DNA from: Bacteroidota bacterium
GTDB lineage: Bacteria; Bacteroidota; Bacteroidia; Chitinophagales; JADIYW01
DNA length: 64,000 bases
Direction: 5' to 3'
NCBI GenBank assembly: GCA_016705125.1
Contig: JADIYW010000002.1
Coordinates: 73,081 to 137,080, forward strand
The translations under genes were made by a program, and so were the position numbers. Each line of letters opens with the position of its first letter. The stretch's first letter is position 1. Under the pieces are notes generated by a model that was given only the letters and a program-made list of their open reading frames with translations, did no database searches and was not told the DNA's origin. This document shows positions 11,644 through 21,738 of the stretch, in pieces.

Positions 11644-12651
11644 ATGAATATCTTAAACAATGTTAAAAATTTAAACATTCTTGTTGTTTTAGCAATTAGT
11701 TTGATGGTTTTTTCAAATTGTCAGAATGAAAATGCCGTTTTGGAAGAAAATAATAATTTAAAATTAAATGAAAATTTAAGAATTTTTTCTAAACCAAAAA
11801 AATCAAAAAAGATACTTGAAGACAATGTAAATGGACGGTTACCGTTTAGACATGACGAAATATATAATTATACTTACGACCCCATTTCCAATAGATGTAC
11901 AACAGCTCAATTATCTAAAATAATATTTGGAGTTGAAACAATTTTAGAAACCTCAAGTTTTTCATTTAACTCAAATGGAACAATTGAAATAACTACTGGA
12001 ATAAGAGGTGGAAGACTTCCTTCTACATACAGTATTAAATTCAATCCACGAACTAACTTTGTTTCTAGTATTTCCTCCTCAAATGTAGATGCAAGTCCAA
12101 AAAATATTTCATTTAGCTACTCATCAACAAATACATTAACTAAAATTGTAGAAACAAATGGAACATCTGGAGGGCCAGGAAGAGGACCAACAGCTGCTGC
12201 AGGGGAAATTTATACCTATTCAAATTTTAGTTATGATTTTGGTAAAAACCTAACTCAATATAAATTAGTTATAACAGCACCATCGCCTACTTTACCTGGA
12301 GTAACTTACAAAAAGATAGAAGAAATCGTCAATATTTATTATTTTTCTACTGCTAATATTGGTTCTGACTTATCTCCATTTCCTAGAATGGACAATCTAA
12401 ATGCAATGGATTTGGTAAAAATAAATAATTTAACTTATGGTGTGCAGGGCAACAAGATGATTTCATCTATGGTGAGTAAAATAAAATATTTTGATTCAAA
12501 TGGGTCAGGGGCCTTTAAATCAAATACTTTAAAAACAACTGTTACCAGAAATTCAGCGAATCAAATGACTAAAGCAAACAGAACCAATTTATCATTTCCT
12601 GCATCCTTTTATACTAGTGATGAAGTATATTTAGTTGAATATGAATATTAA
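11644..12651 (+). CDS. Hypothetical lipoprotein, beta-rich
   Basis: Signal peptide with lipobox VFSNC followed by QNEN; Ser/Thr/Asn-rich with YxYD-type strands. Confidence 0.8.
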   Translation: MNILNNVKNLNILVVLAISLMVFSNCQNENAVLEENNNLKLNENLRIFSKPKKSKKILEDNVNGRLPFRHDEIYNYTYDPISNRCTTAQLSKIIFGVETILETSSFSFNSNGTIEITTGIRGGRLPSTYSIKFNPRTNFVSSISSSNVDASPKNISFSYSSTNTLTKIVETNGTSGGPGRGPTAAAGEIYTYSNFSYDFGKNLTQYKLVITAPSPTLPGVTYKKIEEIVNIYYFSTANIGSDLSPFPRMDNLNAMDLVKINNLTYGVQGNKMISSMVSKIKYFDSNGSGAFKSNTLKTTVTRNSANQMTKANRTNLSFPASFYTSDEVYLVEYEY

Positions 12652-12658
12652 ATAGAAT

Positions 12659-12684
12659 AGCCGAGTATTGATTTATACTCGGCT
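12659..12684. terminator. Hairpin between the convergent lipoprotein gene and hisA
   Basis: Perfect 10-bp stem AGCCGAGTAT/ATACTCGGCT with a 6-nt loop. Confidence 0.7.
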
Positions 12685-13391
12685 TATTTTAAATCTGAAA
12701 GCAATATTTTTCCTTCATAAAATGCCTTACCTATAATAGTAGCGTGACAACCTAAATTGCGAAGTTGATTTACATCATCAATGTTAGATACACCACCACT
12801 TGCAATAAGTTTTAAAGATGGGAATTGGTTTAAAATTTTTCCATACAACTCAAAACCAGGTCCTTCGAGCATGCCATCTTTAGAAATATCAGTACACATT
12901 ACTTTCTCAATACCTTGAGCATTATAGCCTTTTAAATAATCAAAAATAGACAGCTCGGAAGTTTCTAACCACCCGTGAACTGCAATTTTTTCATTCAAAA
13001 CATCGGCTCCTAATATGAATTTATTTGCCCCAAATTGATTCATCCAAAACAGAAATTCTTCTTTATTTTTTAAGGCCAAACTACCAATTGTAAGTTCATT
13101 TGCACCTAATCCAAATGCCAATTCAACTGCTGCTTTTGTTTTTATACCTCCACTAAAATCAATCTTTAAACTTGTATTATTGGCTATTTTATCCAATACT
13201 TTCCAATTCACCACTTCTCCTAATTTCGCGCCATCCAAATCAACTAAGTGCAAAAATTCTAACCCTTCTCCTTCAAATGCTTTAGCTACTTCAACGGGAT
13301 TTTCATTGTATATTTTCTTAGTGCCGTAATCTCCCTTAGATAATCTAACACATTTTCCATCAATTATATCAATAGCGGGAATAATAATCAT
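12684..13391 (-). CDS. hisA: ProFAR isomerase
   Basis: IIPAIDIIDGKCVRL, LHLVDLDGA, CTDISKDGML.GP, LIASGGV. Confidence 0.95.
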   Translation of the reverse strand: MIIIPAIDIIDGKCVRLSKGDYGTKKIYNENPVEVAKAFEGEGLEFLHLVDLDGAKLGEVVNWKVLDKIANNTSLKIDFSGGIKTKAAVELAFGLGANELTIGSLALKNKEEFLFWMNQFGANKFILGADVLNEKIAVHGWLETSELSIFDYLKGYNAQGIEKVMCTDISKDGMLEGPGFELYGKILNQFPSLKLIASGGVSNIDDVNQLRNLGCHATIIGKAFYEGKILLSDLK

Positions 13392-13401
13392 TATAAATAA
13401 A

Positions 13402-13992
13402 CTAAATTTTTAAAAAATTATCAATTATCTTCAATCCCACATCTGCACTTTTTTCGGGATGAAATTGGACGGCATAAAAATTGTCCTTATTCAAAGCCCC
13501 AGAATAATCTAAGCCATAATCAGTTGTTGCAATCGTAAAAGGAGAATTTTCGCAATAATAACTATGCACGTAATACACGAAATCTTCGTTTTTTACGTTA
13601 TCAAACAGCTTGGTTTTAAGATTGTAAATTTTATTCCAACCCATTTGAGGCACTTTAATTAAAGGCTTATTTACCTCAAATTTTTTTACCATAATTGGAA
13701 AAATATTCAAGCAATCAACATCACCTTCCTCGGAATGAGCACACATTAATTGTTGTCCCAAACAAATACCCAAAATTGGTTGTTTTAATTCTTTAATTAC
13801 TTTATCTAATTTCCGTTCTTTCAAATATTTCATAGTTGGAACAGCATGTCCAACACCGGGAAAAATAACCTTATCTGCTGACCTAATTATTTCAGGATCA
13901 TCAGTAATTGAACAAGTTAAATTCAATCGATTAATAGCATTTTCAACACTCCTTACATTTCCAGCATTATATTTAATAACTACAATTTTCAA
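13402..13992 (-). CDS. hisH: IGP synthase glutamine amidotransferase subunit
   Basis: YNAGNVRSV, IFPGVG, GICLGQQ, VPQMGWN, YYVHSY, QFHPEKS. Confidence 0.97.
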   Translation of the reverse strand: MKIVVIKYNAGNVRSVENAINRLNLTCSITDDPEIIRSADKVIFPGVGHAVPTMKYLKERKLDKVIKELKQPILGICLGQQLMCAHSEEGDVDCLNIFPIMVKKFEVNKPLIKVPQMGWNKIYNLKTKLFDNVKNEDFVYYVHSYYCENSPFTIATTDYGLDYSGALNKDNFYAVQFHPEKSADVGLKIIDNFLKI

Positions 13993-14765
13993 TTTTGGAT
14001 AATTTTTTTTGTAAAATTAAGTATATCGGTATCCAAATCAGTTGAATTTTCAATTGTATTGATAAACGCACTACCAATAATTGCACCATTAAGGTGACTG
14101 CAAGCCATTTCGAAAGTTGCCTTATCTTTTATTCCAAAACCAACGATACAAGGATTTTTTAAATTCATTTCCTTCAATCGCTTGAAATACAAAGCTTGCT
14201 CATTTTCAAAGCCTCCACTTCCACCTGTAATACTTTGGGTAGACACCACATAAATAAAGGCATTACTCAAGTCATCTATTTTTCGAATTCTTTCTTCTGA
14301 AGTTTGAGGTGTAATAAGAAAAATACACTTTAACTTATATTTTTCAAACATCTCTTTATAAAAAAACTCGTATTCATGTAAAGGCAAATCTGGAATAATC
14401 AAACCATCAATTCCACAATTTGCGGCCATTTCTAAAAAGCGCTCAAACCCATATTGCATTGCAGGATTAATATATCCCATCAATATAAGTGGAATGCTAA
14501 TGGTTTTTCTGATGCCTTTGATTTGGTTAAATAAGGTTTCGATAGTCATTCCATTTTCAATGGCTATTGTATTGCTTTTTTGAATTACTGGTCCATCGGC
14601 AGTTGGATCTGAAAAAGGCATTCCTATTTCAATCATATCAACGCCTGATTTTTCCAAATTTTCCAAAATGGAAACCGTTTTATCTAATTGGGGATAACCT
14701 GCAGTACAAAAAACACTAAATATATTTTTGTTTTTTTTATCAAAAAGTAAGTTTATTCGATTCAT
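13989..14765 (-). CDS. trpA: Tryptophan synthase alpha
   Basis: TAGYP, EIGMPFSDPTADGPVIQ, LMGYINP, PDLP, VGFGI. Confidence 0.97.
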   Translation of the reverse strand: MNRINLLFDKKNKNIFSVFCTAGYPQLDKTVSILENLEKSGVDMIEIGMPFSDPTADGPVIQKSNTIAIENGMTIETLFNQIKGIRKTISIPLILMGYINPAMQYGFERFLEMAANCGIDGLIIPDLPLHEYEFFYKEMFEKYKLKCIFLITPQTSEERIRKIDDLSNAFIYVVSTQSITGGSGGFENEQALYFKRLKEMNLKNPCIVGFGIKDKATFEMACSHLNGAIIGSAFINTIENSTDLDTDILNFTKKIIQN

Positions 14766-14791
14766 TGGTCTTTAAATGAGATTAATCAAAA

Positions 14792-15997
14792 TTATAATTG
14801 CATGGCTTTAATATAGGTATCCAAATCTTTGTCACCTCTACCTGAAAGATTTAAAACAACCACTTCCTCCTTTTTTGCTCCAATTTTATGCAATGCTGCT
14901 AAAGCATGTGCTGTTTCTAAAGCAGGAATAATGCCCTCTAACATTGACAATTCCTTCACAGCTGCCAATGCCTCATCATCAGTTGCACTATAAAAAATTG
15001 CACGTTGGGTATCAAACAAATGTGCATGCATTGGGCCGATACCAGGGTAATCCAAGCCTGCAGAAATGGAATGTGGCTCTACCACCTGTCCATCTTTAGT
15101 TTGCATAAACAATGTCTTACTGCTATGCAACACACCCAATTTGCCTAAAACCGTTGTTGCGGCACTATGTCCAGAATCGATGCCCAGTCCTGCTGCCTCC
15201 ACACCTACTAATTTCACCAATGGGTTATTCAAAAAATGATAAAAAGCACCAGCTGCATTACTTCCTCCACCCACACAAGCTACCACATAATCTGGGTTTT
15301 CTTTTCCAGTTTTGTCTTTCAATTGTATTTTTATCTCTTCTGATATTACTGATTGAAATCGAGCTACCATATCTGGAAAAGGATGCGGCCCAACTACACT
15401 TCCGATAATATAATGGGTATCTTCTGGATTAGCAATCCAATCTCTCATTGCTTCATTGGTCGCATCTTTTAATGTACGGCTGCCACTTTTCGCAGGACGC
15501 ACTTCTGCTCCAAGCAATTTCATTCGTTTTACATTTGGAGCCTGACGTTCGATATCTACTTCTCCCATATATACAACACAAGGCAAATTCATTAATGCAC
15601 ACACCGTCGCCGTAGCTACTCCATGCTGCCCTGCTCCTGTTTCGGCTATAATCCTTGTTTTTCCTAATGCCTTAGCCAATAAAATCTGTCCAACGGTATT
15701 GTTTATTTTATGTGCGCCCGTGTGACATAAATCTTCTCTTTTTAGATAAATTTGTGTGCCATATTTTTCGCTCAATCGCTTGGCAAAATATAATGGTGTT
15801 GGCCTTCCAACATAATCTTTGAGCAATTGCTTAAATTCGGTTTGGAATTTTTCGCTATAAATTATTTTCAAATATTTTTGCTGCAATTCTTCAATATTGT
15901 GGTGCAACATTTCGGGAATATAAGCTCCTCCAAACTGACCATAATATCCATTATCATCAACAGTATATTTCGATTTAAATTCTATACTTTCATTCAT
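14792..15997 (-). CDS. trpB: Tryptophan synthase beta
   Basis: [55 protein letters not shown]. Confidence 0.98.
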   Translation of the reverse strand: MNESIEFKSKYTVDDNGYYGQFGGAYIPEMLHHNIEELQQKYLKIIYSEKFQTEFKQLLKDYVGRPTPLYFAKRLSEKYGTQIYLKREDLCHTGAHKINNTVGQILLAKALGKTRIIAETGAGQHGVATATVCALMNLPCVVYMGEVDIERQAPNVKRMKLLGAEVRPAKSGSRTLKDATNEAMRDWIANPEDTHYIIGSVVGPHPFPDMVARFQSVISEEIKIQLKDKTGKENPDYVVACVGGGSNAAGAFYHFLNNPLVKLVGVEAAGLGIDSGHSAATTVLGKLGVLHSSKTLFMQTKDGQVVEPHSISAGLDYPGIGPMHAHLFDTQRAIFYSATDDEALAAVKELSMLEGIIPALETAHALAALHKIGAKKEEVVVLNLSGRGDKDLDTYIKAMQL

Positions 15998-16011
15998 AAT
16001 CTTCTTTTTTA

Positions 16012-16641
16012 TTAATTAAACTCCTTAGACTTTAATTTGTTTATCACTTGTCGGCTTTTATCTAGGTCTTTTAGCCCTGGTTCAATTTCAAATTTACTAT
16101 TTACATCTATTGCAAACAAAAGAGGGTGGCTAATTTTCAAGATATCATCTATATTTTCGACCCCAATTCCACCGCTTAAAAAAAAGGGTGTTGTCAAATG
16201 GTACTTATCTAAAATATTCCAATCAAAAACTTTGCCCGACCCTCCATAATCCTTGGTCTTTGTATCAAATAAAAAGTAATCTACTTTCAAATCGTATTGA
16301 TCTAATATTGAAAAATCGAAATCATCATCTATCCCAAATGCTTTTATTATGGCAAACCCTTTATTTTTTAATTCTTCACAATAATTTGGTGTTTCATCTC
16401 CATGAAGTTGCAAGTATTTGAAACTATATTTATTTGCAATGTGCTCCACTATTTCTATAGATTGATTCACAAAAACACCTACTTTATTTATTTCATTTGA
16501 ATAGAATGCCAAGACTTCATTATCAAAACCAACAAATCGTTTAGATTTTTCGTAAAAAACAAAACCAACAAAATCAGGTTTAAAAGCCTTTATTGCATTT
16601 AAATTTTCTTCGTATTTTAAACCACAAATTTTAATTTTCAT
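16012..16641 (-). CDS. trpF: Phosphoribosylanthranilate isomerase
   Basis: [40 protein letters not shown]. Confidence 0.95.
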   Translation of the reverse strand: MKIKICGLKYEENLNAIKAFKPDFVGFVFYEKSKRFVGFDNEVLAFYSNEINKVGVFVNQSIEIVEHIANKYSFKYLQLHGDETPNYCEELKNKGFAIIKAFGIDDDFDFSILDQYDLKVDYFLFDTKTKDYGGSGKVFDWNILDKYHLTTPFFLSGGIGVENIDDILKISHPLLFAIDVNSKFEIEPGLKDLDKSRQVINKLKSKEFN

Positions 16642-16667
16642 TTTATAAGTTTACAAAAAAATATTAC

Positions 16668-17138
16668 ATGCGCAAATTAACATTTCTATCTTTAATCGTA
16701 ATCATTTTAAGTTTATCCTTTTGTAAACAAGAAGAAGAATGTAAGCCATCTAATGATTTTATTTATTTCCAAGTATCCGAAACAGGAACGAACAAAATAC
16801 ATAATGATTCCTATATATTGCCGATTGCCAAATCAGACACTTCTAATTTACGCATTGCCAGGGCATTAATCAATGAATTTGAAAATACTACGACCCGAAT
16901 AATTGTAGGAAAAATAAAAAAAGGAAAAACTCCATGCGATTTCCCTAATAAAGATTTAGTTGGGGGTAAAATTTGGAGTTGGCACGTAAGCGAATTCAAT
17001 GGTTTTGCAGAATTATCAACCGAAGTATGTGATGCTTGGCCAACCTATATTGAAAATAATTTAGATACTTGGATATCAGAATTAGATGGCGACATTTGTT
17101 TCTGGGGTTATACCGTTACAAAGGAAATACAACCCTAA
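16668..17138 (+). CDS. Lipoprotein with BP74-like domain
   Basis: Lipobox LSFC then KQEEE; WSWH...F.E...EVCDA.P.Y.E.NLD.W...ICFW pattern recalled from BP74-related proteins. Confidence 0.65.
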   Translation: MRKLTFLSLIVIILSLSFCKQEEECKPSNDFIYFQVSETGTNKIHNDSYILPIAKSDTSNLRIARALINEFENTTTRIIVGKIKKGKTPCDFPNKDLVGGKIWSWHVSEFNGFAELSTEVCDAWPTYIENNLDTWISELDGDICFWGYTVTKEIQP

Positions 17139-17141
17139 AAA

Positions 17142-18449
17142 TTAAAAATAGGCATTATCATGCCCTTCTTTTTTATATTTCTTTTCTTCTTTTCTTTTTA
17201 TAAAACCTACCAGGAATTTCTTAAACTTAGGAAGGTCCTTCATTTTTGGATTTTTGCCTTTATCTTTAAATCTATCGAAGTAATATTTTGTAGATAAAAC
17301 CGCAAATGCCGCACAAGTATTATGGTCTAATGAATTACTGAAATTTCTCAACTTAATATCTTTCACTCCATTCTCTTTCATTTTGGCATAAGCAACTTCC
17401 GAGTTTTTATAATTTACTTCTCTATCTCCTTTACAATAGCACAATTGCATAGGTGCCTTAGGCTTCCAATCCGTTAAATTATTCTCTTTCAACCTTAACT
17501 TAAATGGAAAATTTGGATCATTCAAATATAGATTCACAAAAGTGTCACGTAAAATCTGGCTTGGTACTTTGGGCATTATAGCATCCAATTCACCAAACGA
17601 TTTATCATAATTATTCTCAAAGTATTTCTTTAATAATGTGTCAAATGGTGCTTTGAAAATTGAATAAATATTCTCTATTTCTAAAATATTATACGCGGCT
17701 TGGTATGAAATTAGCAAATAGGGCAAATAAAAAGGTTTAGGATACTCTTTAAACATATACTTTTCCTGTTCACCTGTCATGTCGTAAGCCCCCGACATTG
17801 GTGAAGAGGCGGTAACCTGAAACCGTGGATCGTTTAATTCCTCTAAATATTTATGTGCAGCCATTGATGCATGCCCGCCTTGCGAATATCCTGTTAGAAA
17901 TATTTGACCATTTCTTTTTAAGCCAATCTTTTGGTTTAATTCCTCCACGGCATACAACATGTAAATAAATGAATTGGCTTCTGTACTTGCATGTTGGTAA
18001 AGATGCCTTCCATCTCCTTTACCTATGCCATAATAATCAGGCATTAAAGCACTATATCCATCCGTTGCAAAACCCAAACAAATACCTTGTTGTGCATCAT
18101 TATCTGAAATAGTTCTATTTTTCTCAATTTGGGTCCCATGTCCAAATGCCATACAAGGGACGGGTTTATCCGTTTTGGGAGCGAAATAAATACCTGAAGC
18201 AGTTTGCCAAGTACTATCTATCCATTTAACCCTATAAATTACTTCATAAATATCTACTTCATTCTTAATTGGCAGTACGAATTTAGGGATTCTATTTTTT
18301 TTCCAGATTGCCTTTATGGTTTCAATAGTATGCGACTTTACTAATGTATAACTAACTAGGTAATTATCAATTGGCACCGGGGTATTTCCATCGGAGGCCT
18401 TCCCTATATTAATTACAAAAAATAAAATGGCGATAAGAAAAAATTTCAT
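17142..18449 (-). CDS. Secreted alpha/beta hydrolase (secretory-lipase-like)
   Basis: Signal peptide, HGT, PDYYGIG, nucleophile GYSQGG, SGAYD, Asp (GDREV) and His (DH); TATATTTG promoter at 18462..18469. Confidence 0.85.
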   Translation of the reverse strand: MKFFLIAILFFVINIGKASDGNTPVPIDNYLVSYTLVKSHTIETIKAIWKKNRIPKFVLPIKNEVDIYEVIYRVKWIDSTWQTASGIYFAPKTDKPVPCMAFGHGTQIEKNRTISDNDAQQGICLGFATDGYSALMPDYYGIGKGDGRHLYQHASTEANSFIYMLYAVEELNQKIGLKRNGQIFLTGYSQGGHASMAAHKYLEELNDPRFQVTASSPMSGAYDMTGEQEKYMFKEYPKPFYLPYLLISYQAAYNILEIENIYSIFKAPFDTLLKKYFENNYDKSFGELDAIMPKVPSQILRDTFVNLYLNDPNFPFKLRLKENNLTDWKPKAPMQLCYCKGDREVNYKNSEVAYAKMKENGVKDIKLRNFSNSLDHNTCAAFAVLSTKYYFDRFKDKGKNPKMKDLPKFKKFLVGFIKRKEEKKYKKEGHDNAYF

Positions 18450-18512
18450 GTTTTTTTTCTTCAAATATACCTAAAATTAATTAGTAATAAATAGTTAATT
18501 AAGTATAATATT

Positions 18513-19294
18513 TTATCGCAATTCAGCAATAAAATTTTCACAAGCCAGCCCTGGATTATTTGTTTTCATGAATTGTTCTCCAATTAGAAAACCATTAAAA
18601 CCACTTTCTCTAAATTGTTTTAAGGTATTAATATTCGAAATACCACTTTCTGCAATTTTAACAAATTGACTGCCCAATTTATTCGCCATTCTGATGGACT
18701 GGTCGATATCAACTTCAAAAGTTTTCAAATTTCTATTATTAATTCCAACCATGTCAACCAACTCATTTACATGGTCTAGTTCACTTTCGTCATGTAATTC
18801 CAATAAAACCTCTAATCTTAAAGATTTAGCCAATTTTGTAAAATGCAATACCTCTTTAGGACTTAAAATAGAAGCAATTAATAATATTACATCAGCACCC
18901 CAACTTTTTGCTTCAAAAAATTGATAATCATCAACCATAAAATCCTTTCTCAATAATGGAATCGCTACTTTATTTCTTGCACTAATCAAATCTTCATAAC
19001 TACCACCGAAATATTCATTATCAGTAAGTACAGATGCACCTGCCACGCCTGCCATTTCATATTGCCCTACAACATCTTCTACATTTGCAGAATCATTTAT
19101 TATGCCTTTCGATGGTGATTTCCGCTTGAACTCAGCAATTATCCCAGTACTCTCCGGTTTTAAAATATTGCTTTTCAATGAAACGGTTTGTCTATCAAAA
19201 AAATCACTTTTTTCTAAAGTTGAATTGGTATTTTCGCTTTAGATAATGCTATTTCTTGCTTTTTTGTAACTACTATCTTCTCAAGGATGTTCAT
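18513..19294 (-). pseudogene. trpC: Indole-3-glycerol phosphate synthase with a 1-nt deletion near 19219..19226 (probably assembly error)
   Basis: MNILEKIVVTKKQEI starts at 19294. Restoring one base joins it to ...TLEKSDFFDRQTVSLKS...IIAEFKRKSPSKG, giving 260 aa. Confidence 0.9.
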
Positions 19295-19310
19295 GTTTAT
19301 TTATACTTTA

Positions 19311-20300
19311 TTATTGGTATATACTTTTTAAATTTTGAAACGATTCAAAAGCTTTTCCATCTTTTAAACTAATTCTTGCTTCATTTATTGCTTCCTTTAA
19401 AGGAATTTTCTTATACAAAGAAATACCCATAGCTGCATTTGCAATACAAACTTCATTTTGAGCCTTTGTTCCGTTTCCCTGAATAATCTCCAAGAATATT
19501 TTAGCAGCGGCTTCTTTGGTTTCGCCTCCTTCAATATCTTCAAAAAGGAAAGCCTTTTTTACAAATTGAGTAAATGGCAATTCATAATTTTCGCTAGCAG
19601 TCCAAACATCAATATTGGATGTTAAAGAAATTTCATCATACCCATCTTGAGCATGCAATATATTAAATTCTGAATCTGAATTTTGAAGTATTTGCTGATA
19701 AAATTGTCCAATTTCTGCATTATAGACACCCGTAATTTGGAATTTTGGTTTACACGGATTTACCAAAGGACCTAATAAATTAAAGAAAGTCCTTACACCC
19801 AAAGATTGCCTTATTGGACCAATGGCTTTCAGAGCAGGATGAAAAAAAGGAGCGTGTAATATTGCAATATTGGTATCTTCTAATCCTTTTTTAAGTAAAA
19901 TTTCTTTATTGGTAAATTTAATACCTAATAATTCCAATACATTACTTGAACCCGAAACCGATGAAAAGGCATAATTACCATGCTTTGCCACTTTCACACC
20001 AGCGCCAGCACATACAAAGGCTGCTAAAGTGGAGATATTGAATGTATTTTTTCCATCGCCACCGGTTCCACACATATCCATAACTGGCACATCGAATACT
20101 ATTGGAATAGATAGTTCCAATAATGCTTTTCTAAAACCCAAAAATTCTTCTACAGTAGGAAACCTTTTATTGTAAAAAAGCAAAATAGACTTTATTTCTG
20201 CCTCTGAAAATACATTTGAGGCAATATCCAACATCAGTTGGTGTGCTTCATATTGGGAGAAAGATGCTGTATTTTGTAATTTTTCAATACATTTATTCAT
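19311..20300 (-). CDS. trpD: Anthranilate phosphoribosyltransferase
   Basis: DMCGTGGDG..TFNIST, KHGN...SS.SGSS, RTFFNLLGPL.NP, DGYDEIS. Confidence 0.97.
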   Translation of the reverse strand: MNKCIEKLQNTASFSQYEAHQLMLDIASNVFSEAEIKSILLFYNKRFPTVEEFLGFRKALLELSIPIVFDVPVMDMCGTGGDGKNTFNISTLAAFVCAGAGVKVAKHGNYAFSSVSGSSNVLELLGIKFTNKEILLKKGLEDTNIAILHAPFFHPALKAIGPIRQSLGVRTFFNLLGPLVNPCKPKFQITGVYNAEIGQFYQQILQNSDSEFNILHAQDGYDEISLTSNIDVWTASENYELPFTQFVKKAFLFEDIEGGETKEAAAKIFLEIIQGNGTKAQNEVCIANAAMGISLYKKIPLKEAINEARISLKDGKAFESFQNLKSIYQ

Positions 20301-20308
20301 TTCCTAAT

Positions 20309-21184
20309 CTATTTTGCCCCATATAGCTCCATTCGAATGCATTCACTCCTTGTATAATCTGAATTTACTTTTGCGTATTGCCTTTGTACACCATCAAAAA
20401 AAGAAATTGATGCTGTATTAGGGAAAATACTTCCTACATTTTCGGCAAACATAAGCAAAACATTATTCTTTTGTTCCAATATTATAGAAAATTTGTATTT
20501 CTCTTTTTTCAACGGAAATTCTTGTAGTACCCATTTATCATTCAATTTTATCGAAATTGTGTCTCCATCTTCTTCGTTATGATCCCAAACTTCTATTTCT
20601 ATATTTTTACGATAAACCGTAATACTTTTAATTACTGGCTTTTTTCTACTTTCTTCCGTTTGCCATTGTCCAGTCGAGTCTACTTTTGGAGGAAAACCTG
20701 GTGGTATGAATTCTAATTTCTTTCCCCATATTACGGAATCTTGGTTTGGAATCAATTTTTCTAAATAATGAAATCTATTCTTTGAGTTATAGGAATTATT
20801 TGCAAAGGAATCTTTAAAATTATAAACTCCATTAATTGACCTTATAAAATCATTTGGTAATTTAAGATTTGGTGTTTCAAAAACCATAGAATCCAATTTG
20901 AAATTTACTTGCATACTATCCAATTTTCTCATAGTGCAAAACATTTTCAAACCAACATATGGAGCGTACATCTTTATAGTAGCTTTCGATGAATCTCCTT
21001 TAAATGGAGGAACAAAAAGAGTAGCTTTTATTTTTTCATTATCTAATTCTAAATCCCAAATTCCTATAAATCTTTCTTGAGCAACCGAATTACTTTTCAA
21101 TGAAAATAAAAAGCAAACTATTGAGATTGTTTTTAAACAAAAACGACATCCACTTTTTATTAGATTTAACACTTTTCTACCCAA
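20309..21184 (-). CDS. Hypothetical exported protein inside the trp operon
   Basis: Signal-like N-terminus; C-terminal beta domain WD..EEDGD.ISI.LN...N.L..FAENVG..PNTA; overlaps the trpG stop. Confidence 0.75.
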   Translation of the reverse strand: MGRKVLNLIKSGCRFCLKTISIVCFLFSLKSNSVAQERFIGIWDLELDNEKIKATLFVPPFKGDSSKATIKMYAPYVGLKMFCTMRKLDSMQVNFKLDSMVFETPNLKLPNDFIRSINGVYNFKDSFANNSYNSKNRFHYLEKLIPNQDSVIWGKKLEFIPPGFPPKVDSTGQWQTEESRKKPVIKSITVYRKNIEIEVWDHNEEDGDTISIKLNDKWVLQEFPLKKEKYKFSIILEQKNNVLLMFAENVGSIFPNTASISFFDGVQRQYAKVNSDYTRSECIRMELYGAK

Positions 21185-21729
21185 TTTTTAATCATTTTCA
21201 TTCCATAAGGAGTCATCACCGATTCAGGATGAAATTGCACTCCTCTAATATTATGGGTATTATGTTTGATAGACATTACAATTCCTTCGTCATCCTTAGA
21301 TGTAACAGATAACGAAGCTGGTATGTTTTTTATTGCCCAAGAATGATACCTTCCCGTTTCGAATTCCCTAGGCAATCCATCAAATATAACATCATTTTCT
21401 AATATAATAGTATTTTTTGACTTTCCATGGACAACTTTTCCAATATTATATAGGTCGGCCCCATATACTTGACCTATTGCTTGATGCCCCAAACAAACAC
21501 CTAATATTTTTTTAGATGAACCATATTGTTTTATGAGAGGCAATAAAATTCCCGCTTCTTCTGGTATTCCAGGACCAGGACTTAAAACGATGGTATCGTA
21601 TAAATCTACTTCCTCGAGCGTTATTTTATCATTTCTAAAAACGACAGTTTCACAATTTAATGATTCCAAATAGTGCACCAAATTATATGTAAATGAATCG
21701 TAATTATCTAAAACTAATATCTTTTTCAT
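21166..21729 (-). CDS. trpG: Anthranilate synthase component II
   Basis: DNYDSFTYNL, LSPGPG, GVCLGHQ, RYHS, QFHPES. Confidence 0.96.
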   Translation of the reverse strand: MKKILVLDNYDSFTYNLVHYLESLNCETVVFRNDKITLEEVDLYDTIVLSPGPGIPEEAGILLPLIKQYGSSKKILGVCLGHQAIGQVYGADLYNIGKVVHGKSKNTIILENDVIFDGLPREFETGRYHSWAIKNIPASLSVTSKDDEGIVMSIKHNTHNIRGVQFHPESVMTPYGMKMIKNWVEKC

Positions 21730-21738
21730 CTTATCTTT

